Of a DNA stretch of 64,000 nucleotides, positions 18,296 to 26,455 are shown in pieces. Made by a program: the position numbers and the translations under genes. Origin of the DNA: a virus. The notes beneath the pieces are model-generated. The model was given only the letters and a program-made list of their open reading frames with translations, did no database searches and was not told where the DNA came from. The stretch is taken from IMG/VR virus record IMGVR_UViG_3300003690_000003, positions 64,001-128,000 of that record. The stretch is one strand, 5' to 3'. How positions within the stretch are numbered: the first letter of the stretch is position 1; each line of letters begins with the position of its first letter.

Positions 18296-21037
18296 TTAAT
18301 AGACAAACCAATTGTTGCTATCTGTATAAAGATTGATGGCACCAAAAGAGGACTCAATAGTTACCGAACGATAGTTCACATCAATTTTCTGGGCCGAAGA
18401 GGCAGTAAGCGTTATATTGTTTGCATTTGCATTTCCGTTTTCATCTTTTATAACCAATGTTTGACCATCCGCAAATAGAGTGGCATCTAATGATATCGAT
18501 ATCGCCTCAGATGCCGTGTCAACTCCCAAAAAATAATCGCTCGCAGATGCGCTATACGCTCCGGTGACGTAATAGCGCCTGAATCTAACCCCACCACTTA
18601 AATGAGTAGTACCATGTACAGTAGTCGAGCCGGAAAGTGCCACTCCATAGCCAGCTACACTACTGCCGATAACAGCCCTGCGGGCTTCCGTAATCGTAAG
18701 ATCTGAACCGATGGCAAATGAATCTTTACCGGAAACGATCGAGCCACTAGAACCTAAGATAACTGAACGCTGGCCACTCGCCGTGTTGTTGAGACCTCCC
18801 AAAACAGAAGCGTAGTGAGCAGTAGACTTGTTTTGATAGCCCCCTACGACTGTCGTCCAAAAAGCAGACGCTGTGCACTCTTGTCCGGCGCCGATGAAGG
18901 AATAAGAGGCGGCGCCGATTACGTTATCGATCCCGCCCACTATGGCGCTATACTGGCCACGATTGGTGTTGCGCTCGCCGGCCCCAATAAAGGCCTTTGA
19001 ATTCTGCAGCTTATTGGTACTACCGCCGACAAGGACTCCGTCTGCGCCCGCAGCGCTGATATCATTACTCGAACCGCCGCCGATAAAAGATCCTTGGGCC
19101 GCGGTGTCATTACCGTTGCCGCCGACCACCGAAGCGTAGGATGCCGCGGCATTATTTTGTAGGCCGGAGCCTACGAATGTATAAGTTGCTGTCGCTGTAC
19201 TGTCATAGCCTCCCGCGACTACAGCATAATTATTGGTAGCCTCGTTCTGGGCGCCGCCGGCAACCGTAGAAAAAAGACCGCTAGCGACACAGGAAGTACC
19301 AATTTGGAGCTTTTCACCTACATGAACCAAAGCCGAAGAACTCAATGAAGACGAAAGAAGAGTGTCCGAAATCACTAAAACATCAGAGATTGAATCTGTC
19401 TTAAGGGTTAGAAGGGTGCTGCTGTCAGATCCTGTTATAACGAGAGAGCCGGTAATAGCTGCTTCACCAGTGAAGGGGAAGGCGTCAATTCCAGTTAAAG
19501 TAGAGCCATCGCCATAGAAAGCAGATGCAGAAATGTTCAGGGATGCAGACATGTTCAGGGATGCCGTTACGTTCGCGGCGTAGATAATTTTAGCTACATG
19601 CAAATCTCCAGAAGCAGTAACGTTCTGATTTTCATCGAGAGTAAGAGCTGTGACGGCGAGACCGGAGACCAGGTTCGTCGTGCCCCCGGTTATTATAGTC
19701 CCGGCAGTGAACGAGGTATTACTATGATAATACTGCATTCCGGCAGCGTTTGGAGTACCTGGAACGCCCATATAGATGGTATTATAATTCCCCCCTCCTC
19801 CGGGGGTTAATAATGTTATTCCCGCATCGTCATTGCTTTCTATCACCAAATCGTCCGCATATGAATGTGCTGCTCCGCCAGAAGAACCTGAAGCTATATG
19901 AAGCGAGCCTGAAGGATTTACCGTGCCAATACCAACGCGGTGGGTGGGGACGCCGCTGGCAGCGCCAGAGACGATAAGATAACCAGCAGAAGCACTAACA
20001 TTTTGATTCTCATCGATTATCACGGCGTTGAGCGCCGCGGCGGTCGCCAAGGCTAACTTGCCCGCCGCGACATTGGTCCCGACAGTGAGTAGGGTGTTGT
20101 CGTGATAATACTGCACTAAACCAGCATTTGTCCTACCTGGAACTCCCATATAGAGGGAATTAAAGTCCCCCGAGGTGCCCGGGCTTAATAATGATATTCC
20201 TGTATCCCCATCACTTTCTATTACCAAATCATCCGCGAGGCCGGCGGCGGCGACGCCGGCTTCTCCGGTCTGAATGTGAAGCGCACCCGAGGGATTTACC
20301 GTGCCAATACCAACGCGGCCGGTGGGGACGCCGCTGGCAGCACCAGAGACGATTAGGTAGCCGCCAGCCGATATGGCTCCATCAGTTAAGAAGGCAGAGC
20401 CTGTAAGGCCTGATGAGGCGGAGATTGTGCCGGCAACTGTTAACGTGTAGGTCGGATTATTCGTTCCAATGCCGACGTTGCCATCGCTAGCAATCCGCAT
20501 TCTTTCTGCTGTATCGTCATGGAATATAATAACACCGTCAGTGGCTGCATTTTGTATGATTAATTCTGCATTATCCTTTTGCACTATGCTGGTATAAGAA
20601 GTGTCTGACTGTATACGAAGCTCAACTTCTCCAGATGATCCATAAAGGTGAAGAAGCTTCGAAGGACTTAACGTGCCGATTCCAACATACGGGCCCATAA
20701 ACGAAGAAGGATTATCATACGAACTTGTGATTAGGAGTGATCCTGTACGTACATGTACATCATCAAAAGTATCTCCGAAATACGTAGAACCCGTAGAATC
20801 AATCCGCGTAACATCTTTTATATGATAATGACTAGCTGAGATTGTGCCGGTTACAACTAACGTTCCGGTTAAGACTAAAGTACTTGCGGCTAGCTCTCCG
20901 AGAGAGGCCGTATGATACATGAAGTTATAACTGCCAGTAAGGCTCGTTCCAACTCCATGAAATTGAACTGACCCTGTCGGACCGCTGCCCGTAGCAAAGT
21001 CGGAACTCCCGACGTATGCCCAGTTAGTTTGAGCCAT
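18296..21037 (-). CDS. Long fibre/adhesin-like virion protein
   Basis: 913 aa; VGIGT.NP fibre repeats; ~15-residue (V/I)GGG..N.A repeats resembling trimeric-adhesin beta-rolls. Confidence 0.7.
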   Translation of the reverse strand: MAQTNWAYVGSSDFATGSGPTGSVQFHGVGTSLTGSYNFMYHTASLGELAASTLVLTGTLVVTGTISASHYHIKDVTRIDSTGSTYFGDTFDDVHVRTGSLLITSSYDNPSSFMGPYVGIGTLSPSKLLHLYGSSGEVELRIQSDTSYTSIVQKDNAELIIQNAATDGVIIFHDDTAERMRIASDGNVGIGTNNPTYTLTVAGTISASSGLTGSAFLTDGAISAGGYLIVSGAASGVPTGRVGIGTVNPSGALHIQTGEAGVAAAGLADDLVIESDGDTGISLLSPGTSGDFNSLYMGVPGRTNAGLVQYYHDNTLLTVGTNVAAGKLALATAAALNAVIIDENQNVSASAGYLIVSGAASGVPTHRVGIGTVNPSGSLHIASGSSGGAAHSYADDLVIESNDDAGITLLTPGGGGNYNTIYMGVPGTPNAAGMQYYHSNTSFTAGTIITGGTTNLVSGLAVTALTLDENQNVTASGDLHVAKIIYAANVTASLNMSASLNISASAFYGDGSTLTGIDAFPFTGEAAITGSLVITGSDSSTLLTLKTDSISDVLVISDTLLSSSLSSSALVHVGEKLQIGTSCVASGLFSTVAGGAQNEATNNYAVVAGGYDSTATATYTFVGSGLQNNAAASYASVVGGNGNDTAAQGSFIGGGSSNDISAAGADGVLVGGSTNKLQNSKAFIGAGERNTNRGQYSAIVGGIDNVIGAASYSFIGAGQECTASAFWTTVVGGYQNKSTAHYASVLGGLNNTASGQRSVILGSSGSIVSGKDSFAIGSDLTITEARRAVIGSSVAGYGVALSGSTTVHGTTHLSGGVRFRRYYVTGAYSASASDYFLGVDTASEAISISLDATLFADGQTLVIKDENGNANANNITLTASSAQKIDVNYRSVTIESSFGAINLYTDSNNWFVY
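19914..20353. repeat. Direct repeat, 62 nt, 59/62 identical (19914-19975 and 20292-20353)
   Basis: GGATTTACCGTGCCAATACCAACGCGG..GGTGGGGACGCCGCTGGCAGC.CCAGAGACGAT, 378 nt apart. Confidence 0.9.
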
Positions 21038-21043
21038 GGTAGT

Positions 21044-21445
21044 TTAACCGACTCCTGCTGAACCAGTCCAGTTAGATCCGCCCGGTGACATGGCACCATT
21101 ATTGATGGCTGCGGTCTCTATAAAAGTGAGTCCTGCAATAACATCGACGTCGCTAGAACCCGTAAGAAAGACTGCGGTAAGCTTTAGTTCCAGGCGCGGA
21201 CTAACTGATCCGCTATGCACTGTAAAATAGTTACTCCCGGAGGCTACGCCGGCAGCCGAAAAACCAACTTTAAGCAGCTCGTCGGTATTATTTTTTATAA
21301 TAACCCACCGCGTCACTTTAGGAAACGCTACTTCAAACGTGTCGATCGTCGCGGTGGCATCGATTCCCCCGCTCACGAAAGGCTTGCCGGAAACCTGGTA
21401 GGACCCGACGTTCATCAGACCGGCTTTATATTGAAAATTGGGCAT
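21044..21445 (-). CDS. Putative capsid decoration protein
   Basis: 133 aa; NVGSYQVSGKPF, FPKVTRWVII, LKVGFS; small beta protein in head cluster. Confidence 0.55.
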   Translation of the reverse strand: MPNFQYKAGLMNVGSYQVSGKPFVSGGIDATATIDTFEVAFPKVTRWVIIKNNTDELLKVGFSAAGVASGSNYFTVHSGSVSPRLELKLTAVFLTGSSDVDVIAGLTFIETAAINNGAMSPGGSNWTGSAGVG

Positions 21446-21468
21446 ACTTATCTATCTCCAGACTACAT

Positions 21469-21476
21469 TAAATAGT
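21469..21476 (-). promoter_or_regulatory. Late-promoter-like motif ACTATTTA
   Basis: Recurrent motif. Confidence 0.5.
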
Positions 21477-21488
21477 ATTAGATTACAA

Positions 21489-21704
21489 CTATTTCCTTTT
21501 ATTGCGCTTTCTTTCTAAACGCTCCGTTTCTCTCCGTGCTTTTTTAGATTTAATTTTTCTTTTGACCGCTGGTTTAACATGATGGGAACACCTCTCGCGA
21601 TACTTTTCAAGAACACCCGTCCTTTTGACTTTTTTTGTAAATCTTCGGATTAAGCGTTCCGTACTTTCGTTGTGCCGTCGCACAACTATAACATTTATAG
21701 CCAC
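21489..21704 (-). CDS. rpsU: Phage-encoded 30S ribosomal protein bS21
   Basis: 71 aa, highly basic; V.VRRHNES.ERLIRRF.KKV...G.L..YRER..H.KP..KRK matches the S21 pattern; GTG start. Confidence 0.88.
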   Translation of the reverse strand: MAINVIVVRRHNESTERLIRRFTKKVKRTGVLEKYRERCSHHVKPAVKRKIKSKKARRETERLERKRNKRK

Positions 21705-21713
21705 CGAATGTTC

Positions 21714-22169
21714 CTACTTTCCAGAATCCATGTGTGCCTTCCAGTTGTTCCCTACAGAACCAAAGAGGTTTGTTATATCAACCCCAGAGTCAGTCGGAGC
21801 TACCCCGGCAAGAGGGCTCTGGGGAGGCGCGCCTGTTCCTGGAGCCGAAGGTGCAGACGCCAGAGGAGCCGTTCCTTCAAATAAATTAACTCCGTTATAG
21901 GCTTCAGTACCAATAGCCTCAAGTAACTTTTCCTTGTGCTGCTTTACCTTCTGTTTTTGTTCGGTTAATGATTGTTGACGAATAGCAGTAAACCTTTGCT
22001 CGTCTACACGAGGCTTCGGTATTTTTCGGGTTTCCACCAGAGGAGTACCTCCCATTCCCTGAGCCACTTCAGAAACAATTCCAGAAAGAACACCATCTTC
22101 AAATATCACCTCCTTGATACATTCTTTTATTAGTGGCTTGAGTAACTTTTTAAGGTCTGCTTTATTCAT
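21714..22169 (-). CDS. Hypothetical head-associated protein
   Basis: 151 aa; LKKLLKPLIKECIKE; many L/I-x-E motifs; coupled to protease gene (TAATG). Confidence 0.65.
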   Translation of the reverse strand: MNKADLKKLLKPLIKECIKEVIFEDGVLSGIVSEVAQGMGGTPLVETRKIPKPRVDEQRFTAIRQQSLTEQKQKVKQHKEKLLEAIGTEAYNGVNLFEGTAPLASAPSAPGTGAPPQSPLAGVAPTDSGVDITNLFGSVGNNWKAHMDSGK

Positions 22170-22771
22170 TAATCTATTAACACTTCATTCAAGGCGCGAT
22201 TAATACGATCTGCTTTAGTAAACACTTCATTGATTTTGCTTTTGTTTTCTCGTATCATAAACGCACCAGGGGTGGAAGGTTCCGAAACCATATCAAAACA
22301 GATTAGTTGAAAATCATCTTCAACAATAGTTTTGCCTGCATTCTCTTTAACAGATCCGAGACCTCGGGAAGAAATCCCAATAGAAACACCCGAATCCACT
22401 AAAGAACGTAAAATATCACCCGAAGGTGTCTCTAATACTTTCATCTTACCCATCACTTTATTCCCATCCATCCAAATTTCTGTGACCATGTGAGAAACAT
22501 TTTTAAGATTAATAACCGACTCTTCTGGGTGGTCAAGTTCGCCAAGGGCGCGCCTTTCTTCTACAAGCTTTTTGTAGTTTTGGACTTCTCGCTCTAGAAT
22601 CTTCTGGGGATAGACGCGACCATTGCCATTTTGGGTTTCGGCCATTTGCATCATCCCGGAAAGCATCATACCTCCATTAGCAATAAACTTCTTTTCAGCC
22701 TCATTAAGAAGGTCCTGGCATACCCCTCCCTCACATAGCTCATAATATTCTCGTAGAAGTACTTTACTCAT
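22169..22771 (-). CDS. Prohead core protease (gp21-like)
   Basis: NGNGRVYP, ALGELDHP, VSHMV, GISSRGLGS, FDMVSEPSTPGAF. Confidence 0.95.
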   Translation of the reverse strand: MSKVLLREYYELCEGGVCQDLLNEAEKKFIANGGMMLSGMMQMAETQNGNGRVYPQKILEREVQNYKKLVEERRALGELDHPEESVINLKNVSHMVTEIWMDGNKVMGKMKVLETPSGDILRSLVDSGVSIGISSRGLGSVKENAGKTIVEDDFQLICFDMVSEPSTPGAFMIRENKSKINEVFTKADRINRALNEVLID

Positions 22772-22792
22772 TTTACCGTCCTCTTAAAATAG

Positions 22793-22843
22793 TCAGCTGC
22801 CTTTACAGCAGTGTCGGACGGGTTGTAACATCCACTTAATCAT
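22793..22843 (-). CDS. Candidate 16-aa micropeptide MIKWMLQPVRHCCKGS
   Basis: Not in ORF track; AGAGGAG SD ~7 nt upstream of ATG 22843; overlaps the stop of the upstream gene by 8 nt. Confidence 0.5.
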   Translation of the reverse strand: MIKWMLQPVRHCCKGS

Positions 22844-23168
22844 GTCGTTCTCCTCTTCCTATTTGTATACCATCATCGCAGATAATCATATTTAAAGCGT
22901 ATGAAGTACCTGAACTTATACATCCCAGTAAAAATCCAGTCACAACATTACTCCCATCAAAAATAAATAGTTCCGTATGACCATTAACGCCCCACAGAAA
23001 TATGCCTACCCAAAATCCTATACACATAGGGCACGAAAAGAAATAGTGTTTAGGCCTAATCCGATCTAAAATCTTAGAAAAACAAAGAAGTTGTGTGAGG
23101 CCATATGCACATAAAATAAAAAGAAGGAGGTTCTCTAAAGGTAACCACACTATAGCGTGGGGGTCCAT
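22836..23168 (-). CDS. Small membrane protein with CPMC motif (DUF1360-like)
   Basis: Three hydrophobic segments; FFSCPMCIGFWVG. Confidence 0.6.
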   Translation of the reverse strand: MDPHAIVWLPLENLLLFILCAYGLTQLLCFSKILDRIRPKHYFFSCPMCIGFWVGIFLWGVNGHTELFIFDGSNVVTGFLLGCISSGTSYALNMIICDDGIQIGRGERHD

Positions 23169-23674
23169 TACATCTTATAGCGAAGCGGGATGTAGTAATA
23201 TCCAGGCACCATCGCGCCTTTCTGAGCGTGCTGTGGTACTTCTCCCAACTCGGTCGAATCTCGATCGGTTGGCTCTACAAAATACTTTTCAAGATTTCTC
23301 TCATAAGCATCGGCAGCTTTTGTCGCTTCCGCCTCATCGGCTATAAACTCTGAAATGACATAAACCGCTGCTTGTAATGAGTTAGTTTGTTGGCTTTCTG
23401 GAATGATAGCCTCTATAGAGCTAAAAATATTACCGCCCTGTATGGTATCTCGCGCGACTATTCCTTTATCGACTAGAAAATCAAAAAAACGAGCTTGTGT
23501 ACCGTAGGGATCTTCGACTGCTGCGCTTTTAGGAAAAGTTACTACCTTGCTAGTCTCGGGAAGTAGCACAATATCGATAAGCTCGTGATCCATAATTAAG
23601 AGATTTCCCTCCAGCGTCTTTCGAGCTTGAAGACCAACTGTGGCCTGGGGGCCTCCTATCTTGATGTTAATCAT
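23168..23674 (-). CDS. Hypothetical phage protein
   Basis: ORF in operon; start likely ATG 23674 overlapping upstream stop. Confidence 0.65.
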   Translation of the reverse strand: MINIKIGGPQATVGLQARKTLEGNLLIMDHELIDIVLLPETSKVVTFPKSAAVEDPYGTQARFFDFLVDKGIVARDTIQGGNIFSSIEAIIPESQQTNSLQAAVYVISEFIADEAEATKAADAYERNLEKYFVEPTDRDSTELGEVPQHAQKGAMVPGYYYIPLRYKM

Positions 23675-24491
23675 TAGATTGAACTTCCCGGACGAGTTCT
23701 TGTACACTTAATATCTTAGCAACAACGCCTTGGGTGGGGGCTGCATCTTTAAACCCCTCAAGGATAGCGAGAACTTTTTTAGTTTTATCAACCATTTTTT
23801 CATCTGCAAAAATCTCTTCCATTTTTAGAGAAGCTTTTATTTCTTTTTTAAGGCGTCCTACCTCTTCGCTTAAATAAAGCTTTAGTTCTAGACCATTATC
23901 GGCAAAAGAAGCAATATACTTACCAAGCAGCTCTTTCTGCTCTTTTAAAAGAGGTGTATAGCGCTCATTGAACTTCTTGACAAAAGAACGATAAACAATA
24001 TTATCTATGGGCTCAAGTTTGTTGTCTTCCACCTTCTCTGTGGAGTGCATCGACTTAATCACTGTATCCTCGTGCAAAACTCGTTGCTTCACCGGGGTTG
24101 TCGTATTGAATATTGCAGCTACTGTTGCGAGGGACTTAAAGTTGGGAACAAAAGTATTCCAAGCTTCTTTAGAGAGGGCCTTATTAATCTTGTTGATTAT
24201 TTTAGTTTGACTATCAAAAATGTTTCTACCGTCTAAGCGAGTACGAGCGCTCTTGGTCTCATACAAAAGTTTTTCAGCTACATGCAAGTCGAGGCCCGTT
24301 GTTTCTAGAAGTGTTTTATAATGTTCTAACTCTTTTCCAAGAATAGTTCGAGGACCAAAGTTATCTTTTATAAGATTGGCAACAAATCTTTTTCGGTGAG
24401 CGTTTTTGTCAACAATAGCTTTGGTTAGCTCTTTAACGAGCACTTCATACAAGAATGCTGTATTTCTTTTTTTATTGTGCTTTACTCTCAC
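23667..24491 (-). CDS. Hypothetical protein downstream of portal
   Basis: 274 aa helical, KHNKKRNTAFLYE N-terminus. Confidence 0.7.
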   Translation of the reverse strand: MRVKHNKKRNTAFLYEVLVKELTKAIVDKNAHRKRFVANLIKDNFGPRTILGKELEHYKTLLETTGLDLHVAEKLLYETKSARTRLDGRNIFDSQTKIINKINKALSKEAWNTFVPNFKSLATVAAIFNTTTPVKQRVLHEDTVIKSMHSTEKVEDNKLEPIDNIVYRSFVKKFNERYTPLLKEQKELLGKYIASFADNGLELKLYLSEEVGRLKKEIKASLKMEEIFADEKMVDKTKKVLAILEGFKDAAPTQGVVAKILSVQELVREVQSND

Positions 24492-26451
24492 TTGTCGCGG
24501 CCTCCGCTTCTTTTTCTTCTAGTTCTGTAATTAGTTTACGAATCTCTCTAGTACTCTCAAATAATTTTACTTCGTCTTCATCTTCTTTATAACTAGGAAG
24601 TTGTTCCTCATAAAGCTTGTTGATATTTATTAGTTCGCTCTCAACGCGACCCGGGAAAACGCTTCTGGGCGTCGTTTTTCCACCGCCTCTGGCAACGCTA
24701 CGTAACTTTCTAGTGGTGGGGCCTGACTTGTTAGTGCGGCGTGTGTCTAGTTTTGTAGGGTGATACACCTTTCCTTTGGCTCCCGGCGTCAAGTGACCAT
24801 CTTCTTTGCGGGCCGGGGACGCCAGAAGAGAAGATTCATCTCCTTCAACAGGTGCAGCCTCCTCGGGAGGAGCGCCTTCTTCGGGGGGAACGTCTTCTTC
24901 GGGGGGCATCATTTCATCTCCCGGGTCGCCGCCAAGTTCGGGGCCTAGGCCACCTCCGGCAGCCATCGCGGCGCCCGCTTCAGAAATAGCATCCAGAGAA
25001 ACTTGGTACTTGCGATCATAGTAGGCTTCGCGCTGATTACGCAAGAACTCTTCATCGGTCATACGCAAAATATTCTCAGCAATCCAATGCTTACTAAACA
25101 TGCCCTCTACTACATTGTTAGCCAAATCAAACTTGGTACGAATATATTCTATCTCCTGTAACTCAGCTAGCTTAGAGGGATTATTAAGAGAAAGTTTAAA
25201 GGAAATCAAATCCTGGCCGCGGAAACCCAACGTGAATAAATGTACGACCGCAATCTTTTCAAGCTCCGACATAAAGGCGCGCTGGAGTCGCTGAATCGTG
25301 CGCGCAAAGCGAATATCTTTTTGAGCTAAAGTGGTTTTATCTTCATCTCCACCTTCTGTCATCGTCAAATAAGAATGAGGAATCTTGATAGCTGAGAAAA
25401 GCTTATCTCGAATATACTTTACATCATCAATATCATTAAGCTGAGACGCGCCGGCCAGAGTGGTGATGTCCGAGCCGACCCCCCCGCGAATTGGAATAAA
25501 ATAATCTTCTTCCACAGACAAAGGATTGTAACGTAAATCGACTCGGCCTGTCGTCGCGTCTATCAAAGAATTCCTCTTTAATGAGGTTTTAACTTTTTCC
25601 ATATACTGTTCAACGTCTTGCGGAGCAATATTTCCCACATCAATCTTAAACATGCGACGTTCGGGGGCGCGGACTACGCGATATGCTAGCATAGCATCTT
25701 CAATCAGAACTAACTGGCGCCAGATACGTCGAGCTGGGTCGAGAACTGAAGTCCCATATGGTGAATGTTTATCATTACCTAGGATTCTAAAGTGAGCACA
25801 CTGCCAGTTCTCAAAAGTCATGTTGGCTGAGTTCCACTGGAACTGAACATAGTTAGGGTTGGTAGGATCTTGGCCTTCGAGCCTCTCTACCTCTCCAGAT
25901 GGCAAACCAATAACGCTTTTAACTCCCAAAACTTCATCAATATCTAAATATAAAAAGAAATCTCCGAACTTGCACATGGTACGAGCCCAGCCAAATGCGT
26001 TAAACTCAATATTAAGTGCGTCATAAAAAAGTGCCTCTAAAATATTTTTAATCTCATCATTACGACAATCTATTTTAACCAACTTATTAAAAGCGTTGGA
26101 GGTTGTCATCTCATCAGCATAAATATCCATTGCCGAGGCAATCTCTGGCATGAATTCCATTTGATCAAAATCAATATAGCGCTCGTTTCGATTCTGATTC
26201 CGCATTGCCGCGGAAGTAAGCATATTATAGTTACGAGATAAGTTATCAGACGAACGCTTAAACTGATGGCCACTTAAACTCTTGAAGCGATACTGATATT
26301 TATCAAGTGCAGATCGACGTTCTTCGCGTGTAAACTGAGCACGGTAGTTAATAAGAGGACCCGAAAAAAGCCTCGTTAATCTCTTAAAAAGAGGAGATAC
26401 TGGATTTCTCGGGTTATTTCTATGGTCTGGTTTTTTCTTTTGGTCTGCCAT
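24472..26451 (-). CDS. Portal protein (gp20-like)
   Basis: WARTMCKFGDFF, YGTSVL, EDAMLAYRVVRAPERRMFKIDVGN, EDYFIP, KLFSAIKIP. Confidence 0.95.
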   Translation of the reverse strand: MADQKKKPDHRNNPRNPVSPLFKRLTRLFSGPLINYRAQFTREERRSALDKYQYRFKSLSGHQFKRSSDNLSRNYNMLTSAAMRNQNRNERYIDFDQMEFMPEIASAMDIYADEMTTSNAFNKLVKIDCRNDEIKNILEALFYDALNIEFNAFGWARTMCKFGDFFLYLDIDEVLGVKSVIGLPSGEVERLEGQDPTNPNYVQFQWNSANMTFENWQCAHFRILGNDKHSPYGTSVLDPARRIWRQLVLIEDAMLAYRVVRAPERRMFKIDVGNIAPQDVEQYMEKVKTSLKRNSLIDATTGRVDLRYNPLSVEEDYFIPIRGGVGSDITTLAGASQLNDIDDVKYIRDKLFSAIKIPHSYLTMTEGGDEDKTTLAQKDIRFARTIQRLQRAFMSELEKIAVVHLFTLGFRGQDLISFKLSLNNPSKLAELQEIEYIRTKFDLANNVVEGMFSKHWIAENILRMTDEEFLRNQREAYYDRKYQVSLDAISEAGAAMAAGGGLGPELGGDPGDEMMPPEEDVPPEEGAPPEEAAPVEGDESSLLASPARKEDGHLTPGAKGKVYHPTKLDTRRTNKSGPTTRKLRSVARGGGKTTPRSVFPGRVESELININKLYEEQLPSYKEDEDEVKLFESTREIRKLITELEEKEAEAATSESKAQ

Positions 26452-26455
26452 TTAC

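Noticed and set aside
19523-19567. 18-bp tandem repeat
   Set aside because: Simple coding duplication (ASLNMS/ASLNIS) within the fibre gene
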